This document shows, piece by piece, positions 26,839-41,599 of a stretch of 60,000 nucleotides of DNA. The stretch's first letter is position 1. Every line of letters begins with the position of its first letter. This stretch comes from Lama glama (lineage: Eukaryota), in the NCBI GenBank assembly GCA_028534125.1, contig CM052816.1, positions 20,958,001 to 21,018,000 of the forward strand, written 5' to 3'. The notes beneath the pieces were generated by a model. The model was not told the DNA's origin, made no database searches, and saw only the letters and a list, made by a program, of their open reading frames with translations. The translations under genes were made by a program, and so were the position numbers.

Positions 26839-27639
26839 CCATTCTCACCATTTATTCATCTTTAAAGATAAAAGACTTCTCAGTTGGATTTATTTTCCAT
26901 ATGTTTGTAGAGTTTGGTATTTGAGGTAAGTTTAAACCAGCTAAATTTGGTTTAAACATTTATCAAATATTAATAAATGCCTAAGAAGTAGGCATTTGAT
27001 TTTGGTTCTGAAACAGCTACATGGCATGTAACTGTGCAAGACTACTCAGGGGAAGAAGGAGCATTTAGTTTTATTACTGATAGAGACATCTAAAGGGAGG
27101 CAACTGGTTAAAGTAATATGAATACTCATTACTTAAGTGTGAGCACATTTATGTAATAAACATTTCTGTTCTTGAAGTTTCTTATTTTAAAAAGAACAAC
27201 GCAGTTTATCAGTAATCAGTTTGGAAAATACTTTTTCAAAATAGTTATTGAACAACTGAATATTCCTTAATGATATAATATACATCGATTGTGATACTGT
27301 TTGGCCTCTAAGATGAGGGAATAAAGTTTTGCTTTATCAGAAAAAGCTTCATAGAAGTGAGTTGTTACTGTTAAAGGATCAGCATTATATAGCTTAACAG
27401 ATCAGCAAAGAAATACATTTCATTTCTGGTCGACATGAAATAAACACATATGTTAAGAGTTTGCTGAATTAAAATTTATTGCAGAATAGTGTCTGATTTT
27501 CATGTAATATAAAGTACTAATTATTTCAACTTCGAAATATTGGTATTAGTGACATTAGGTAAAGAATATCATGTCTCAATCTCAAGATATTATTTCCTAG
27601 TGAGATAACCACTCCTTTCTAACCAAGTTGTGAAATTCA

Positions 27640-28620
27640 TTAGTTAACTCATTTAAGTGATTGTCTACTAGATATTCTAGGTATGCAGTGCTGAAAAACA
27701 AAACACATTCCCTGATTATTGCCTAGTGGGAGAGGAAATATTAATGAAGATCAAAACAAGTATATATTTAATTGTGATCAATTAAGTCTGAAAAAAAAGG
27801 GAATTGTCTACATGAATTTACTGAAGCTAGAAAGAGCACCACAAGTTCAGGAAGCATAGAAAAGGCCCTTGATGGGAGTAGGAGGAGAGGGTAGTAAGAC
27901 AGGAAATGAATCTGTTGAGAGGCAGGAGCCACATCAGTACAAAGTCAGATCATGGCTTTGTAGGCCATGTTAGGTACCTTAAGTTTGTCCTAAGGTAAGT
28001 GGAAGGCTTATTAAAAAATTTTAACCGAGGATTGGATAACATGATTGGTTTTTTTGTTTTTTTTTTTAATTTACTCTCTTATTTTTCTGGTTTATGTTTT
28101 TAAAAGATCACTTTGACGGCTGGAATATGGATTAGAGAGAGACAATGGGAAACTAGGAGTCCAATTAATAGGCTGTAGCATTTGTTCAAGTCAGAGATAA
28201 AATGATGGCTTGTTTTGAACAGTGGCAGTGCAAAAGGGAAGTGAACTGATAAATTCAAAATGTATTGTGGAGGCTGTGCTTATGGATTGGATGTGGAGAG
28301 AGGTTGAAGGGAACATTCAGCAAGAGCAGTTGGTTGATAGGATAAGGATCACTGGAGTAGGAGTTGTTGGAGGTAGGAGAAAAGACATCAGGAAATCAAT
28401 TTTTGGATGTATTAAGATTGAGCTTCCTCAGTCAAAGGACATGATCAGACAGGTCCCTGGATATTTAGTTCTGTATCTCAGAAGAGAAAGATGTGATGGG
28501 GAGCATATTTGGGTATTTGGAACGTAGGCATACAGATGGTATTTTAAGCCATTAGAATGTAGGGAAAGAATGTAGATTTAATCAGAATTTGAAGAAGACT
28601 CATGGCTGAGTGCAGGAGTG
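27640..28620 (-). mobile_element. Degenerate L2 LINE
   Basis: Purine-rich L2-like text (gtcagatcatggctttgtaggccatgtt...aaaagatcactttgacggctg...cagatggtattttaagcc). Confidence 0.6.
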
Positions 28621-30704
28621 CCAATTTTTAAGAAGTCTGGTTGCAAATGACCTGGGAGATATGCTAAAAAGTAGTTTTGTCTGTACAGCAGAGATATACT
28701 TTAAATTTAGTCTTAAATGACTTAATTTCATATTTTAGGGGAGTTGAGATGAGTGGATTACTGCTTTGGGGAAAAGTTTATCTTAGGCAGCGAGAATGAT
28801 GTTGAAAGACGAGAAAAAAATAGAGCTGATAAATTAGGTGGGAAAATAAGTCAGATCAGAAAAAAATTAGAGAATAAGAGATACAACTGGGATATTAGTT
28901 CTTATAAGCAATCATTTGATTTAGCTATGAGCTTTTGGCAGCCTTATTAAAAGAGGAAATATTTAGTTTGATGATTTTTATTGTGATGACAATAATTATA
29001 ATTACTGGAATATAGGAGGAATTTTATGGGAATCGTCTGTTTTTGCAATAAATGTTCAAGTGTTTCTTGCATAATTATTTTAGTGCTGTTGAATACATAA
29101 AATTAAATTATAGTTTAAGACAGTTTTGTTATTTTCTGATCTTTCAAGAATTGAGTTTAGGAAAGGAAATTGGAAATTAACATACCCCTTAGACTCTGTC
29201 AGATACAGGTAACTTCGTATGTTGTAGCACCATAGCTCTAGAAGTCTATTTGAAACTTGATTCTTAGTGATATATAATTATTAGTTGGTTCAGGTATGCA
29301 GGAGGATAGTACATGTTCTTTGGTTTTAGTCTGAGAATACCAAAGTGTAGATGTTTTATGATATTTATTAAAGAATCAAATATGTTTTGTGGTTCTGATG
29401 GGGGACCAAAGAAAGCACACACTATTTCCATAATTTCAAAATAGCTTATATTCTTGTGTAAGTTTGTTAGAAAACTATACAAATAAGAAAGAACTCAAAT
29501 ACACATCTGGACACTTAAAACATTTTTAAAAACATTAAATTGCTTTATTTGCATGATATTAAGTTGTGCAAATTAGGAAGTTCTGTCTTTTAGTGTTTAC
29601 TTGCACTTATAAATAAATCCTCAAGAGTATATTGGTTTTGGTGTCCATTCTCATTTTATAATTATAGTTTCCCCCAATCTTGATTGACTTCAGTTTTCTG
29701 ATTTGATTTGATTTGTGAATCATAAGGCTAGAAATAATGCACAGTATAACCTGATTTTTCTCTTTGGCCTCCAACAGGACTTTAAAAACAAAACAAAATA
29801 AAATGAAACCAGGACAGATAATTTAAATCTATGTCCAGGGAAGAGTGTGTTGCAGAGTCCCTGGTAATCCCTTGTCCTGGGGTTTGACAGCCTTTTTCAC
29901 TATTATGTATTTAACCAAAATCTGTAAATATAAATAAATTATTTTCCTTGGTTTGTCCTTAGTGAAAATACAACACACTGTCATGATTATAGAAATGACA
30001 CCTTCAGTTTTCTCTTCTCCCAAAAGACTTTAATTCTTTTTCAATACTATTTCAACTACTTTTACTAACCCAAGTTAATTTTAGATTCTATTGCTGAAAT
30101 CCTCAGTTTTGCCATTTATTGAGGTGTTAATTGAAATATTAATGTATTTAGAGCAGAAATGTCGTTTTTTAGGGAATCTAGATCAACAGCAAAGCTGAGG
30201 TCAAACTGCCATAAGGATGGACACCAAGGAGGCTGTGTTTGGGACAAAAAGAAATCAAGATAAGGTAGATGCAAAGTAGAGAAAAGCACTGGATCCTGGG
30301 GGGAGGGAGTGGTAGGTGGGAGTGGGTTGTACGCCTCTAATGGCAAAGAATAGTTAGATTTCTGAAGAGGAAGCCACAGAAGGCTTATAGGAAATGTTAA
30401 GGATTTGGGTTTAAGTACTACCTTCTTTCTGAATATATAAATTTTAGCTGACTTTTAACTAGCCGAATACTTAAAAATTCATAAGATAAAGTGTTTCAGT
30501 GGGGTGTATCCTAATATTCTGGGCTAATGTTTTCTGTCTGGGCAATTGTGGAAGACACTATTGGTATTGATAAAACCATTGCCAAAACCCAACTTCAGTA
30601 CTAACACCTGTTATTACTTGAAAGTTGAAAGGGAATCTCCGGTTGAAGCATTAAACTGACAAAATGAGCAAAGAACATTGAATTTTTCCTTTTCTTTTTT
30701 GTGA

Positions 30705-30887
<183 letters not shown>

Positions 30888-32047
30888 TAATGTAAATTTT
30901 TTGCTTTTAAAATGTTAAACTTGAGTTTTTATGTTAGAGTTAAATTACTACACCTTTTAACATTTTTTTCCTTTTCTCATAGTGGGATGTACTTCTCCGA
31001 TATAAACTTTTCATTGGAGTATACCATACATACAGAAAAGTATACAAAATAAGTATTATAGCTGAAAGAATTTTCACACCATGAACAACCTCACATAATT
31101 AGTACACAGATCAAGAAATACAGCATTACCAGTGCCCTAAAGTCATGCTCACAACTGCTTCCACCATTGCTATCCTTTACTCTTGAAATGTGGTGTGAGT
31201 TGGTTCAAGCATCCATATCTGTCTGCATTCCTGGCTTGCCCACTAATCCTGGGCAAGCATTTCACATTTCTGAGCCTCGAATTAAATTAAAATTTTGTGA
31301 ATCAGTATGCATCATCTACTGTTTCCTTGGCTATTTGGGTATAACATCAATCAAAGGCAAATATGTCATAGATTTTTGTTTCTTTCTCCCATTTGTTATT
31401 TGCATACTTGGTTTAAGTTTCAGTGGCTATTAGTATTTCTAAATGAATGTCTTCAGTATCCATCTGATTCTTTTTCTGTTATACTAAGGTCTCTCATTTT
31501 CTTTATATATGTTTAATGCTTAATTAACAATATCAGATTTAAATTAAAGCACGTCAGAGGTGTTCAATAAATTGAACTAATTGCTGTTTTTATAGCTATC
31601 ATTGTACTTGATTTGGGATTACATTAAACACTGAGTCTGATGACTGTAGCTGTCGTAGCCACAAATGTCTAATATTTGATTTGGATTTCATTTGAAGTAT
31701 TCTTACATTTTAAAGGGTTATTCTGTGTATAATACTATGTATTGCAGTAGTAATGGCCATTGTTGACTTTATGAGATTGAGAGTGTATTAGACTTTTTTC
31801 TGATGAAATATAAATGTAACAACATATCCTAGGTTTTCCTTATAATAGTTGGTGTTTGTAGAAACCATTTGTGAGATCTTTAGAAAGCCACTTATTCAGA
31901 GCATTTAAGGATTTTTTTCAATGAAGGGCAGTTATACTGACATCATTTATGAGTGTAACACAAAATTTGGAATTTGGGATTAGGGATTAAAGATATTTTG
32001 AAAAAAAGAGTTTTGTCCAGAATCTTTGAATCATACTACTATTTATT

Positions 32048-32226
32048 AAGTAAATGTAGATTTATTTAGAAAGTTACACACTGTGTAGAGTGTAGACTGT
32101 TTCAAAAGTCAAGAGAAAGGCTACAAGGTCTGGGGGTTGGGTGCTCAGGTTAGAGTAAAAGTGAGCACACACTCTATAGACAGAATGTGGGCCGTCTCCG
32201 AAGAGGAGAGAGCAAGAGAGGCGGCC
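32048..32226 (-). mobile_element. 179-bp ERV-LTR R-region-like insert with a perfect 16-bp TSD
   Basis: CATACTACTATTTATT at 32032-32047 and 32227-32242; minus strand ends ...ctaAATAAAtctacatttactt. Confidence 0.7.
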
Positions 32227-33233
32227 CATACTACTATTTATTTTGTAATTGCTTTGTAATGAATTGGATTTGGTTTCTGATCTTGATACTATCAGTAAAC
32301 TGCTGTAAATTTACCTCTCTTGTTTAATAGGGAACAGACTGATTTTCAAATAATCTAATGTCACTATTGATTCATGCCAACCTCAAAATAAATAGTGGTG
32401 ACTCAGGATTCTTTTTTAATTGAAGTATAGTTGACGATGGTAGCTTAGTCTTGATTTCCTTTCTTTAACATCATCAGTCAACTTTTTTTCTTACAAGTAT
32501 ATGAATGTGAAAGAGTCTAAAGCTTGTAGACATCTTGGACTTTCTCTTATAATCCAAGAATAATTCTTGAAACTTGAAGTATATACTGTTGACTTAAAAA
32601 GTTGGAGCATTTGATGCTCAGAATTAATAGCCAGGATTTAAAACTTTATCAGTGGATTTTTCCATACTAAATTTGTTGCTTAATTTGTTGTTGACTTTAT
32701 TAACTTGATGAGACAAACTAACAGAAGGAATTAAAATTTAAAAAAACAGTTATTTGGGTATAACTTGTTTTACTAAATTTTTATTTTTGCTTCTAACTAT
32801 CACATTGAATTATAAGGAATATTATGTTTTCCTAGACTGCCACAATATGAGTGTTGGCTTATCTGCTGACCTGGAACTTAATTACATAAAGGCAAATTGC
32901 TTTTCCTTCTGTTTAAAAGATTTTTACTACTATTTCAGTATATTTATTGGTGAATTTGGATTTTTTTTTAATCTCCTACAATCTGTTGTACATATTTCTC
33001 AGTGTCCTATAAGATATTTATGTTTTAACATGAAGCTTTTTGACTTTCAGTGCATTTTTTCACCATAAAAATGATATATTTGAAGTTTGTTTTGCAATTT
33101 TAAACTTAATGTATGAGATGAGACCTTCTTTTGAAAAGCCTCTTTCCATTTGAAGTTTGGAAAGTTAGTTTAGAAGCATGTTTTATTTCCAGTTAGGCTA
33201 ATTTTACAATTTTATTTTACTTTTTTTTTGTAG

Positions 33234-34052
<819 letters not shown>

Positions 34053-35271
34053 TAACATTGTAACTATATGAAGCAATTTACCATGAAATTATGCTTGAAC
34101 TTGAACTGTCTCTTTATCTTAATAGTAAGAAATGTAAGTTTAAAGAGAGACTTGTAATTGACTCCCAGGTGAATCTATACAGCTCTCATCCATCCCTCTT
34201 GAGCAGTAGAGAAAATGTCATTCACTATTCTCAAATACTATAATGACAGCTCAGTTGCAGAATTAATACATGGTCTATCAATACCTATTTCCTTCTTTTG
34301 ATTTTTTGGAATAATACAATTTGTTTTTTTTTTTTAATTCTGTTCTCATTGTGATACTCATCACTGAGACTTGGGCATGGTTAATTGTGGTGAATTGGAG
34401 CATTTGGGGTCCATGTAGCTGATAATGTAAGTACAGTTTGGGTGCCATGATCCTTTTCTCTGGTTACACTTAAAGGTTTGAGGTAGCTGCTCCAGACATA
34501 GTGGTGGTTTGAAATTTATAGGATATATAACTGCATACCAAAGCATGATATTCAGAATAACCAAAGAAATGAGCATTTGTGTGAAATAGCTGAAATTTAA
34601 TCTTTAAATATTGTTTTGGTGATAAAAAAATTTTCTTAAGTAATGTCAGTAGCTGAAAAATCATAGCTCAAATCTTAAAATGGTGGGGGAGGAGGTTGAG
34701 GATAGGTAAAATGCCATTTTGAGGACATTTAAAAATCTTTTTCTGTGGCCTTGGGAAACTCACTGTTCATGGCATCTAATTACTCCTCTCAAGAGAGTAG
34801 GAAAGAGGTAATTTGTTCTTTCTTCAAACAGTATAACATGATCCTTAGAGTTAGGCTTGAGTTCACTGTAGCTCTCCAATTCCTGTTTGTGCCGTAGAAT
34901 ATACAACTTAACTTCATGATTTGAGAAGTGCTATGTAAAATGTCCATCATATTCTAGATGAGTAATCTTTCAATAATATTTGTTTTATTTTACTTGTTAG
35001 TTTATGTGAAATGATCTCAGTATCTTGCTATATCTTATATGTAAATAAACTTTAATCTTTGACAAGTTGCTCACTGGAAAAATACATTTTAAAAATTATT
35101 TCTAATCTAATATAAGAAAGATAAGATTTTTAAAAATCTTTTAAAAAATACGAAGTTCTTCAAATCATGTACAATTTGGTGATTAAAATTTTTTAGTGCT
35201 TGAAAACTGGTAAAAAACCTAATAATAAATGACTTCAGATCTAATGCCTGTTTCTTTTCCTATTCCTTAAG

Positions 35272-35316
35272 GCATCTGCTTCTGGTGATGTGAGCTGTGT
35301 GGATGAAATTCTTAAA
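35272..35316 (+). CDS. AFF4: AFF4 exon 4, aa 307-321 (ASASGDVSCVDEILK)
   Basis: AG at 35270-35271; GTAAGT donor at 35317; 45 nt, phase 0-0; part of the ELL-binding segment. Confidence 0.96.
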
Positions 35317-38300
35317 GTAAGTTTTTAAAAAATAGGTTCAGTCTCTTTAGTTATGGTACTCTGCTGACTGTTCACCCTCTTTCCCCCGTATTTCACAAAG
35401 TTTTTGAAGCAGTAGATTGCTTACATGTATAACCTGATTATACCTATCAAAAATAACTGACTATTGTGCTTATATTCATACGTAGGTTCTAAATCACTTG
35501 GTTTGTTTACTATTTGCCCTCAAAAAGCTGTGTTTTTCTGTTTATTTTTTTGTTTGTAAGTAAAAACAAATTCCGGTCTTAACAGTTTGCCTTGAAAAGA
35601 CGAGGAAACCAAATGTTACTATACTTTCTCAGTTTTTTTTATCAGTTAATAATTTGAAGTGCTGGAAGCTCAGTAGTTTATCAGTAAAACCATTGTGTCA
35701 AAAATACCTTGCTTTGTGGTTAATCTCTATTTACTGGTCAAATCCTACAATGAAAGGCCTCCTGTAAATATTGCACATTTTGAGTGTTTAATGGGACATG
35801 TTTAAACTCGACACATGACCAAAGTGTATGTTTTTCTGCTGGGAAAAGAAGAAGTTGTCTGTTGGAAAAAGAGAAAGTCCAGTGAATTGATGAGTGACAA
35901 TGACCGCTTTTGGTTCAGTAGAGGAAAACCATCGGTCACATATTAATTGTATACTTTCTGCATACGCTCCTGAATTTTTATGTTTGCATTTCACTGTGGA
36001 TTCTTTTGAAAGACTCCTTGCATTGGCTGCTTCCACTTTATTCTCACTTTCCTTCCTTTAGCCCACTGTTGTCTCCTTTACTTCTGCTATTCTGATGAAC
36101 CTGTTTCTCCAGGGTCATTATCTTCTACTTCCTCAGGGGCTTCATTTGAATTCTCTACTCTTTCTGATGTTTTGAAGAATGTTTATTGTTTTCCTTCAAG
36201 AAACATCACTCTTCCTTCCTTAACTGTTGTTATTATTCGTTGTTTTTATTTTCCACACTCCTTTCTTGTCTGTCATTCTCTACCCTTGGGAACACTTGGG
36301 TCTTACCTTATCTCTTAAATGTGGGTGCGTTTTCTAGCCCTGCCTTGGCCTCTTTTGGATTTCGGTTTTTGTCTTTTAATTGCTTCTTGGGTCTTCTTGT
36401 GGATTTCTCCCTGCTTCTTTGGACTCAGCGTATCTAAAGTCATATCATATCTAAACGTGTTTAAAGCCATACTATCAGATGTCCTTCTGTTCTAGTGCTA
36501 CTGTTCTCCCTTGCTGGTAAGTGTAGAATCCTAATTATCTTTCACTTCTTTGTCTCATGTTATATTTAATCACAAAACTACATGTAGACTTTGAAAATTC
36601 CTTGAAAATGCTTGTTCTTTATTTCCATTTCTCCCATCTTGAGTTTCAATAATTAAAGCATTCAGTCCTCACTCTGCCACTCTGCCTCCAGAATCTCCCT
36701 GCTCATCTGTCTTCTGTATTTCTTCCAGATTCTTTGATTTAATCCTTTGTCTTCATAAATTAATTTCCTTCTTAGAAGTTTTCAGTGGCTCTCTAAGGCC
36801 TTTAGAAAGAGTAGTGTGCAAATTTAACATTCCAGGCCTTCCATAAGCCAGGTTCAGCCTCTCCCACTACTGATTGACCAATTTTGCCAAACTGGTTTCC
36901 CTAAGCTATACACTTGCTCTTTTAGTTTTGTAAAGAAAACTTTCATGGAATGCATTCCTCCTTCCTCTTCAGTTATATATATATATAGATTTTGTTTTTT
37001 CTTAGACTCCCACTGAAATCCTTCTTCCTCATGTATTAGACCATCAGGCCACAGTGGTAACTCTTTCCTTTGGATCTCAAATCACGTTCATTTTTCAGTT
37101 GCCATGTATAGAGAAATTCTAAAGGAGCATATATCTTTCTCCTGAATCTTCAAACATGTATGGCACTCTACTACCTGGAAGAAATCTTAGATTTTCTTAT
37201 ATTTTATTATCTCCTTGATGTTACTGACCATTTACTCTCCATTTTATATATGTAGGACTTGGCACATGGCCTTGGGTGTAATAGGTGCTCAATCATTAAT
37301 GATAGGGAGTTAAACAAATTTTCTGTTGAGAGTATTTGACGTATAAAATGCCAACATTGAAAACCTGGGGTATGAGTTTCTTTTTCCTTTCCCTTCCCTA
37401 TGTGCGGCATGCAAGAATGTTCACATCCACATTCCCTTCATGTTTTCTTGATATTTGTAGTCATACTCTCTGGGAACCCCATCATGAACTTAAAGAAATT
37501 TTTTTAATCTAAAAGTAATACATGTTTATTATAAAAAATGATTTAATTTAAGGTTTATTAATTGAGCACCTACTATGTGTCAAGCACTAGGGATACAGTG
37601 GTGATAATAGTGATAGTGTTGTATCTTTGAGCTGACATTCCAGAGTAGGATAATCAACTGAGTAAAATTATTTCAGAAAGTGAAATACTATTAAAAAATA
37701 AGGCATTGTAAGAGGATAAAGAGCATTTATAGTGTAGGTGGCTGTTTCAAGAGGTTCAAGTAGTAGAAACTGTATCAAGTGCCCTTGTCTCTTCTTCCTT
37801 CAGTCACTCTATTGTTCATAGGTAGCCACTGTTAACTGTCTTCCAGAGTTTTTTTCATATATAAACATTTACTAGGACATATACTTTGATTTGTTTTTGC
37901 CACTTAACAATAACTGAATATCATTTCCCATCAGTAGTTAAATTTCTCACTTTTCTATCTGCTTGATCTTCCATTTTATGTGAATATCTGGTAATTTAAA
38001 TAATCCTGTTTTGTTGGATATTTAGGTTGTTTCCATTTTTTATGTGTGAGCCCCTTGAACGTGTATCTTTATATAACTGTGTAGGTATATAGCTATAGAG
38101 TAAATTCCTAAGTGTTATACCACCTTTAATTTATTGTATTTTTTCAGTGTACTTGATGGCTTACTTTAAACTAAATGCCAGAAATAAAACACTCCCTTCT
38201 TATCCTATGTCTAATACCTCTCTGTCCCTGCTCCTCTAACATATACATTGTGATCGTATCCAAACCTCCACTGGGACATAGTTGACTTATGATTAGACAG

Positions 38301-38439
38301 AAATGGAATGAAATCAGACCTGTGGCCTTACTTGTCTGTCTTCCTCTTCATATGCTTTTGATAGCTCTCTTCTGAGTTCCTCCACCTGACCAAAATTTCC
38401 TATCAGTGATCGGGCTCTGTAGCTAGATTTCCTAGGATG

Positions 38440-38638
38440 AAATTCTGTGTCCATTACTAACTTAAGTGTGTGACCTTGAATAAGTAACTTAACCTCTGTG
38501 CTTCAGTTTTGTCCTACGTAGAGTTAGGGTAATAATGGTATGTACCTCATAATGTCATTGTGAGTACTAAATGAGTAATAGACATGTAAAATAGCTCAGT
38601 ATCTTGCCCATTAAAGGTACACAGTTAGTATTAGCTGC
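38440..38638 (+). mobile_element. MIR SINE
   Basis: tgtgtgaccttgaataagtaacttaacctctgtgcttcagtttt core. Confidence 0.8.
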
Positions 38639-38986
38639 TTTTCTTACTGTTCTTCTCCTCCTCCCACTTCCACAGCAGGCTCTTCCTCAGTAGCATTTTA
38701 CTATGTGCCTTGTATTTGATTACAGGCTGATTTCTGTAACTTTTCACAGGTCTTGTCATCTTAACTCTAAATTCCTTGAAGCTAGAGAGTGTAAATTATT
38801 TATTTTCCTATTAGCTGCCCCATAGTACCTGGCACACATTGTGCTTCATTAATATTTATTGATTAAATATGTATGCTTTTGGAGGAGCAGTCATGAAACC
38901 AGCATTTATAATACAAATCTGGTTTTTAGCTGTGTAATTTTTATCCTTGACCTGCTTGAAAACAAACTGTAATAATTACATTTCAG

Positions 38987-39073
38987 GAGATGACGCATTC
39001 ATGGCCTCCCCCTCTAACGGCTATTCATACACCATGCAAAACAGAACCTTCCAAATTTCCTTTTCCAACTAAG
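38987..39073 (+). CDS. AFF4: AFF4 exon 5, aa 322-350 ([29 protein letters not shown])
   Basis: CAG at 38984-38986; GTAAGT donor at 39074; 87 nt, phase 0-0; conserved AF4-family [11 protein letters not shown] motif. Confidence 0.97.
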
Positions 39074-41520
39074 GTAAGTAAATAAAATGTGTCTTTAATA
39101 CTGTAAGAAAACTCTAAATGGCTTGACTAAAATCGTATGAATTCAAAATTGTCTTGCCATTCCCATTCCAGTGGGAGACAGACAGTAAATAAGTGAATAA
39201 ATAGGTAAGTTCGGATAGTGATAATTATTATAAAGAAATAAAACAAGAAGATGGGATCAAAAATGACTTGAATTGAGAGGTACATGGAAAAGCTTTGAAG
39301 GCAATATGGAAATGAGACTTAAAAGACATCAATGTTTGTTGCAAACTTCTATGATATTCTAGGCCACGGGGTGGTAAAGGCTTCCTAAACTATTGTATGA
39401 GGAACTCCTTTCCAGAGGACACAACCATACTTATGCCTGTGAAAAAAGTTTCCTCAGACAGCAGTTTCAGGGTCATCTAAAATCAGCAGATTTGGGGGGT
39501 TTTTAACATTAATTTATACTTAGACACAAATAATGCAAGAATATATTCTTGTGAAAGTTTGAGCAAGACCCTAATAGCCTAATAGCTTTCCCCATATTCT
39601 GCCTACTCCATCTCACCAGAGCTACTTTGTACATACCTTTGGAATCTTTTCATATGCATTTACCTACAATATATGTAATCATCACTTACAAGCTTTTTCT
39701 CACTTATTTTATTTCTGCACAGATGCAGTATCCTGTATTTTTAATCAGTCAGCAATAGGTCTTAGAGACCTTACCATGCTACTTTATATATAGAGGAGAG
39801 AGGGAGAGATTATAGGTAATACATTACATACAGAGGTAATTCAGTTCCTTTAATTGCATTCTGTTTTATAAGTATATCTTAGTTTATTTAGCCATTTCCC
39901 TTTGGTATTTAACTTGTTGCCAAGTTTTCATTTCTGTAAACATTGCTATAGTGGATATCTTTTGTTCATGCCTTTTTGTGTGCATACGGGTTTATTTTAT
40001 ATAAAAAGTAAGAAGTGGAATTGTTGAACTTTGAGAGTATATGCTTAATATATACTCTCAAATTCCCTTCATAGTGTTTGTACTAGTCAGTACTCCCACT
40101 TTTATTCCCTGTTATTCCTGACATACACACCATTTGTTATTTCAAGCACCAAACTTTTGAGTGAAAAATGGCATTCCATTTCCTAGATTACTAGTGAGGT
40201 TCACCATCTTTACACATTTGTTATCTATTTGGTTTCTGTGGGAATGAATTGGCCTGTTTCCTCTGCCCTTTGGGCTGCATCTTTCACCTAATTAGTTTTA
40301 GGAGAATTTCTTTTTCTTTTTTGTGTTTTGATTGAATTCTGGATTCTAATAATTTATTCCACATTCTGCATATGTGTCTTCCAGTTAGAGTCCTTTTAAG
40401 TTTTATGGTCTAGAAGATTTCAATTTTGATGGATAAATTTATCTTTCTGATGAATAAATTTATCTTTCTCTTCTCGAGTTTTTGCTTTTTAATGTCTTGT
40501 TAAAGAAGGCATAATTTCTGATTCTTCTTTTAATGTGATTGCAGTTGTGTTTTCTGTGTTAACCTCTAGCCTAGTTTATTTTTGTGAGTGATATGAGGTA
40601 GAGATAAAGCTTTCTTCCTATGTGTGCTATACCACGCTTTTACTTTTTAAGTCAACTTTATTTACATATAAAAATGCACGTATATTTAAAGTACAGTATG
40701 AGTTTTGATAGACGTATGTACCTGTGTAACCATCATCCTAATCAAGAATTAGAACATTTCCATCACTCCCCAAAGTTCCCTCATGTTCCTTTGCAGTCCA
40801 TCTCACCCCCACCACTGGCCCCACACAGTTGCTGATCTGTTTTATGTCACTATAGGTAAGTTTTGCTTTTTCTAGAATTTCATATAAATGTAATCCATAC
40901 AGTGTATACTTTTTTGGCATATATACTTGCATCCTTTTGCTGAGCATATTCTTTTGGAATTCTTACATGTTCTTAAATGTATCAGTAATTGTTCCTTTTT
41001 ATTCCTGAGTTAATTTTTATTTCTGTTGCATGAAAATATCACAATTTGTTTATTCATTTATCTATTGATGAACATTTGGGTTGTTTTCCAGATTTGGGCC
41101 ATTAAGAACTAATTATCTATAAGCATTTATTTGCAATCTTTGTGTGGACTTATATTTTCTTGTTTCATGGATAAATACTGGATCATATGTTTAAAAAGTA
41201 GAATTGCTGGGCCATTTGTTGAGTGCATGTTAAATTGATACTAAACTGAAAATTATTTATTTAAGTGACTACCACATGCCTATCTTAACGTGCTCTCATT
41301 TCCCATCATGTCTGATAGTTTCATTTGTCCTACATCCTTGCCTGTATTTGGTATTATCAGTCTGTTTAGTTTTAAGCATTTTACTGGGCATGTAGAGGTA
41401 TCTCATACTGGTTTTAATTTGTATTTTCCTGATGACTAATGATGTTGAACCTCTTTATGAGCTTTTTGACCATTCTTTTAGAAGCATCAGTTTAAATCTT
41501 TTGCCTTTGCCACACGTGCA

Positions 41521-41554
41521 CGTGTATGTGTGTGTGTGTATATGTCTCTGTGTG

Positions 41555-41597
<43 letters not shown>
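41521..41597. repeat. Interrupted (TG)n microsatellite
   Basis: Read directly. Other tracts: (TA)n ~5381-5400, (TG)n ~8123-8143, (CT)n(GT)n ~45300-45346, (GT)n(AC)n ~50514-50560, (GGT)n ~22726-22744. Confidence 0.95.
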
Positions 41598-41599
<2 letters not shown>

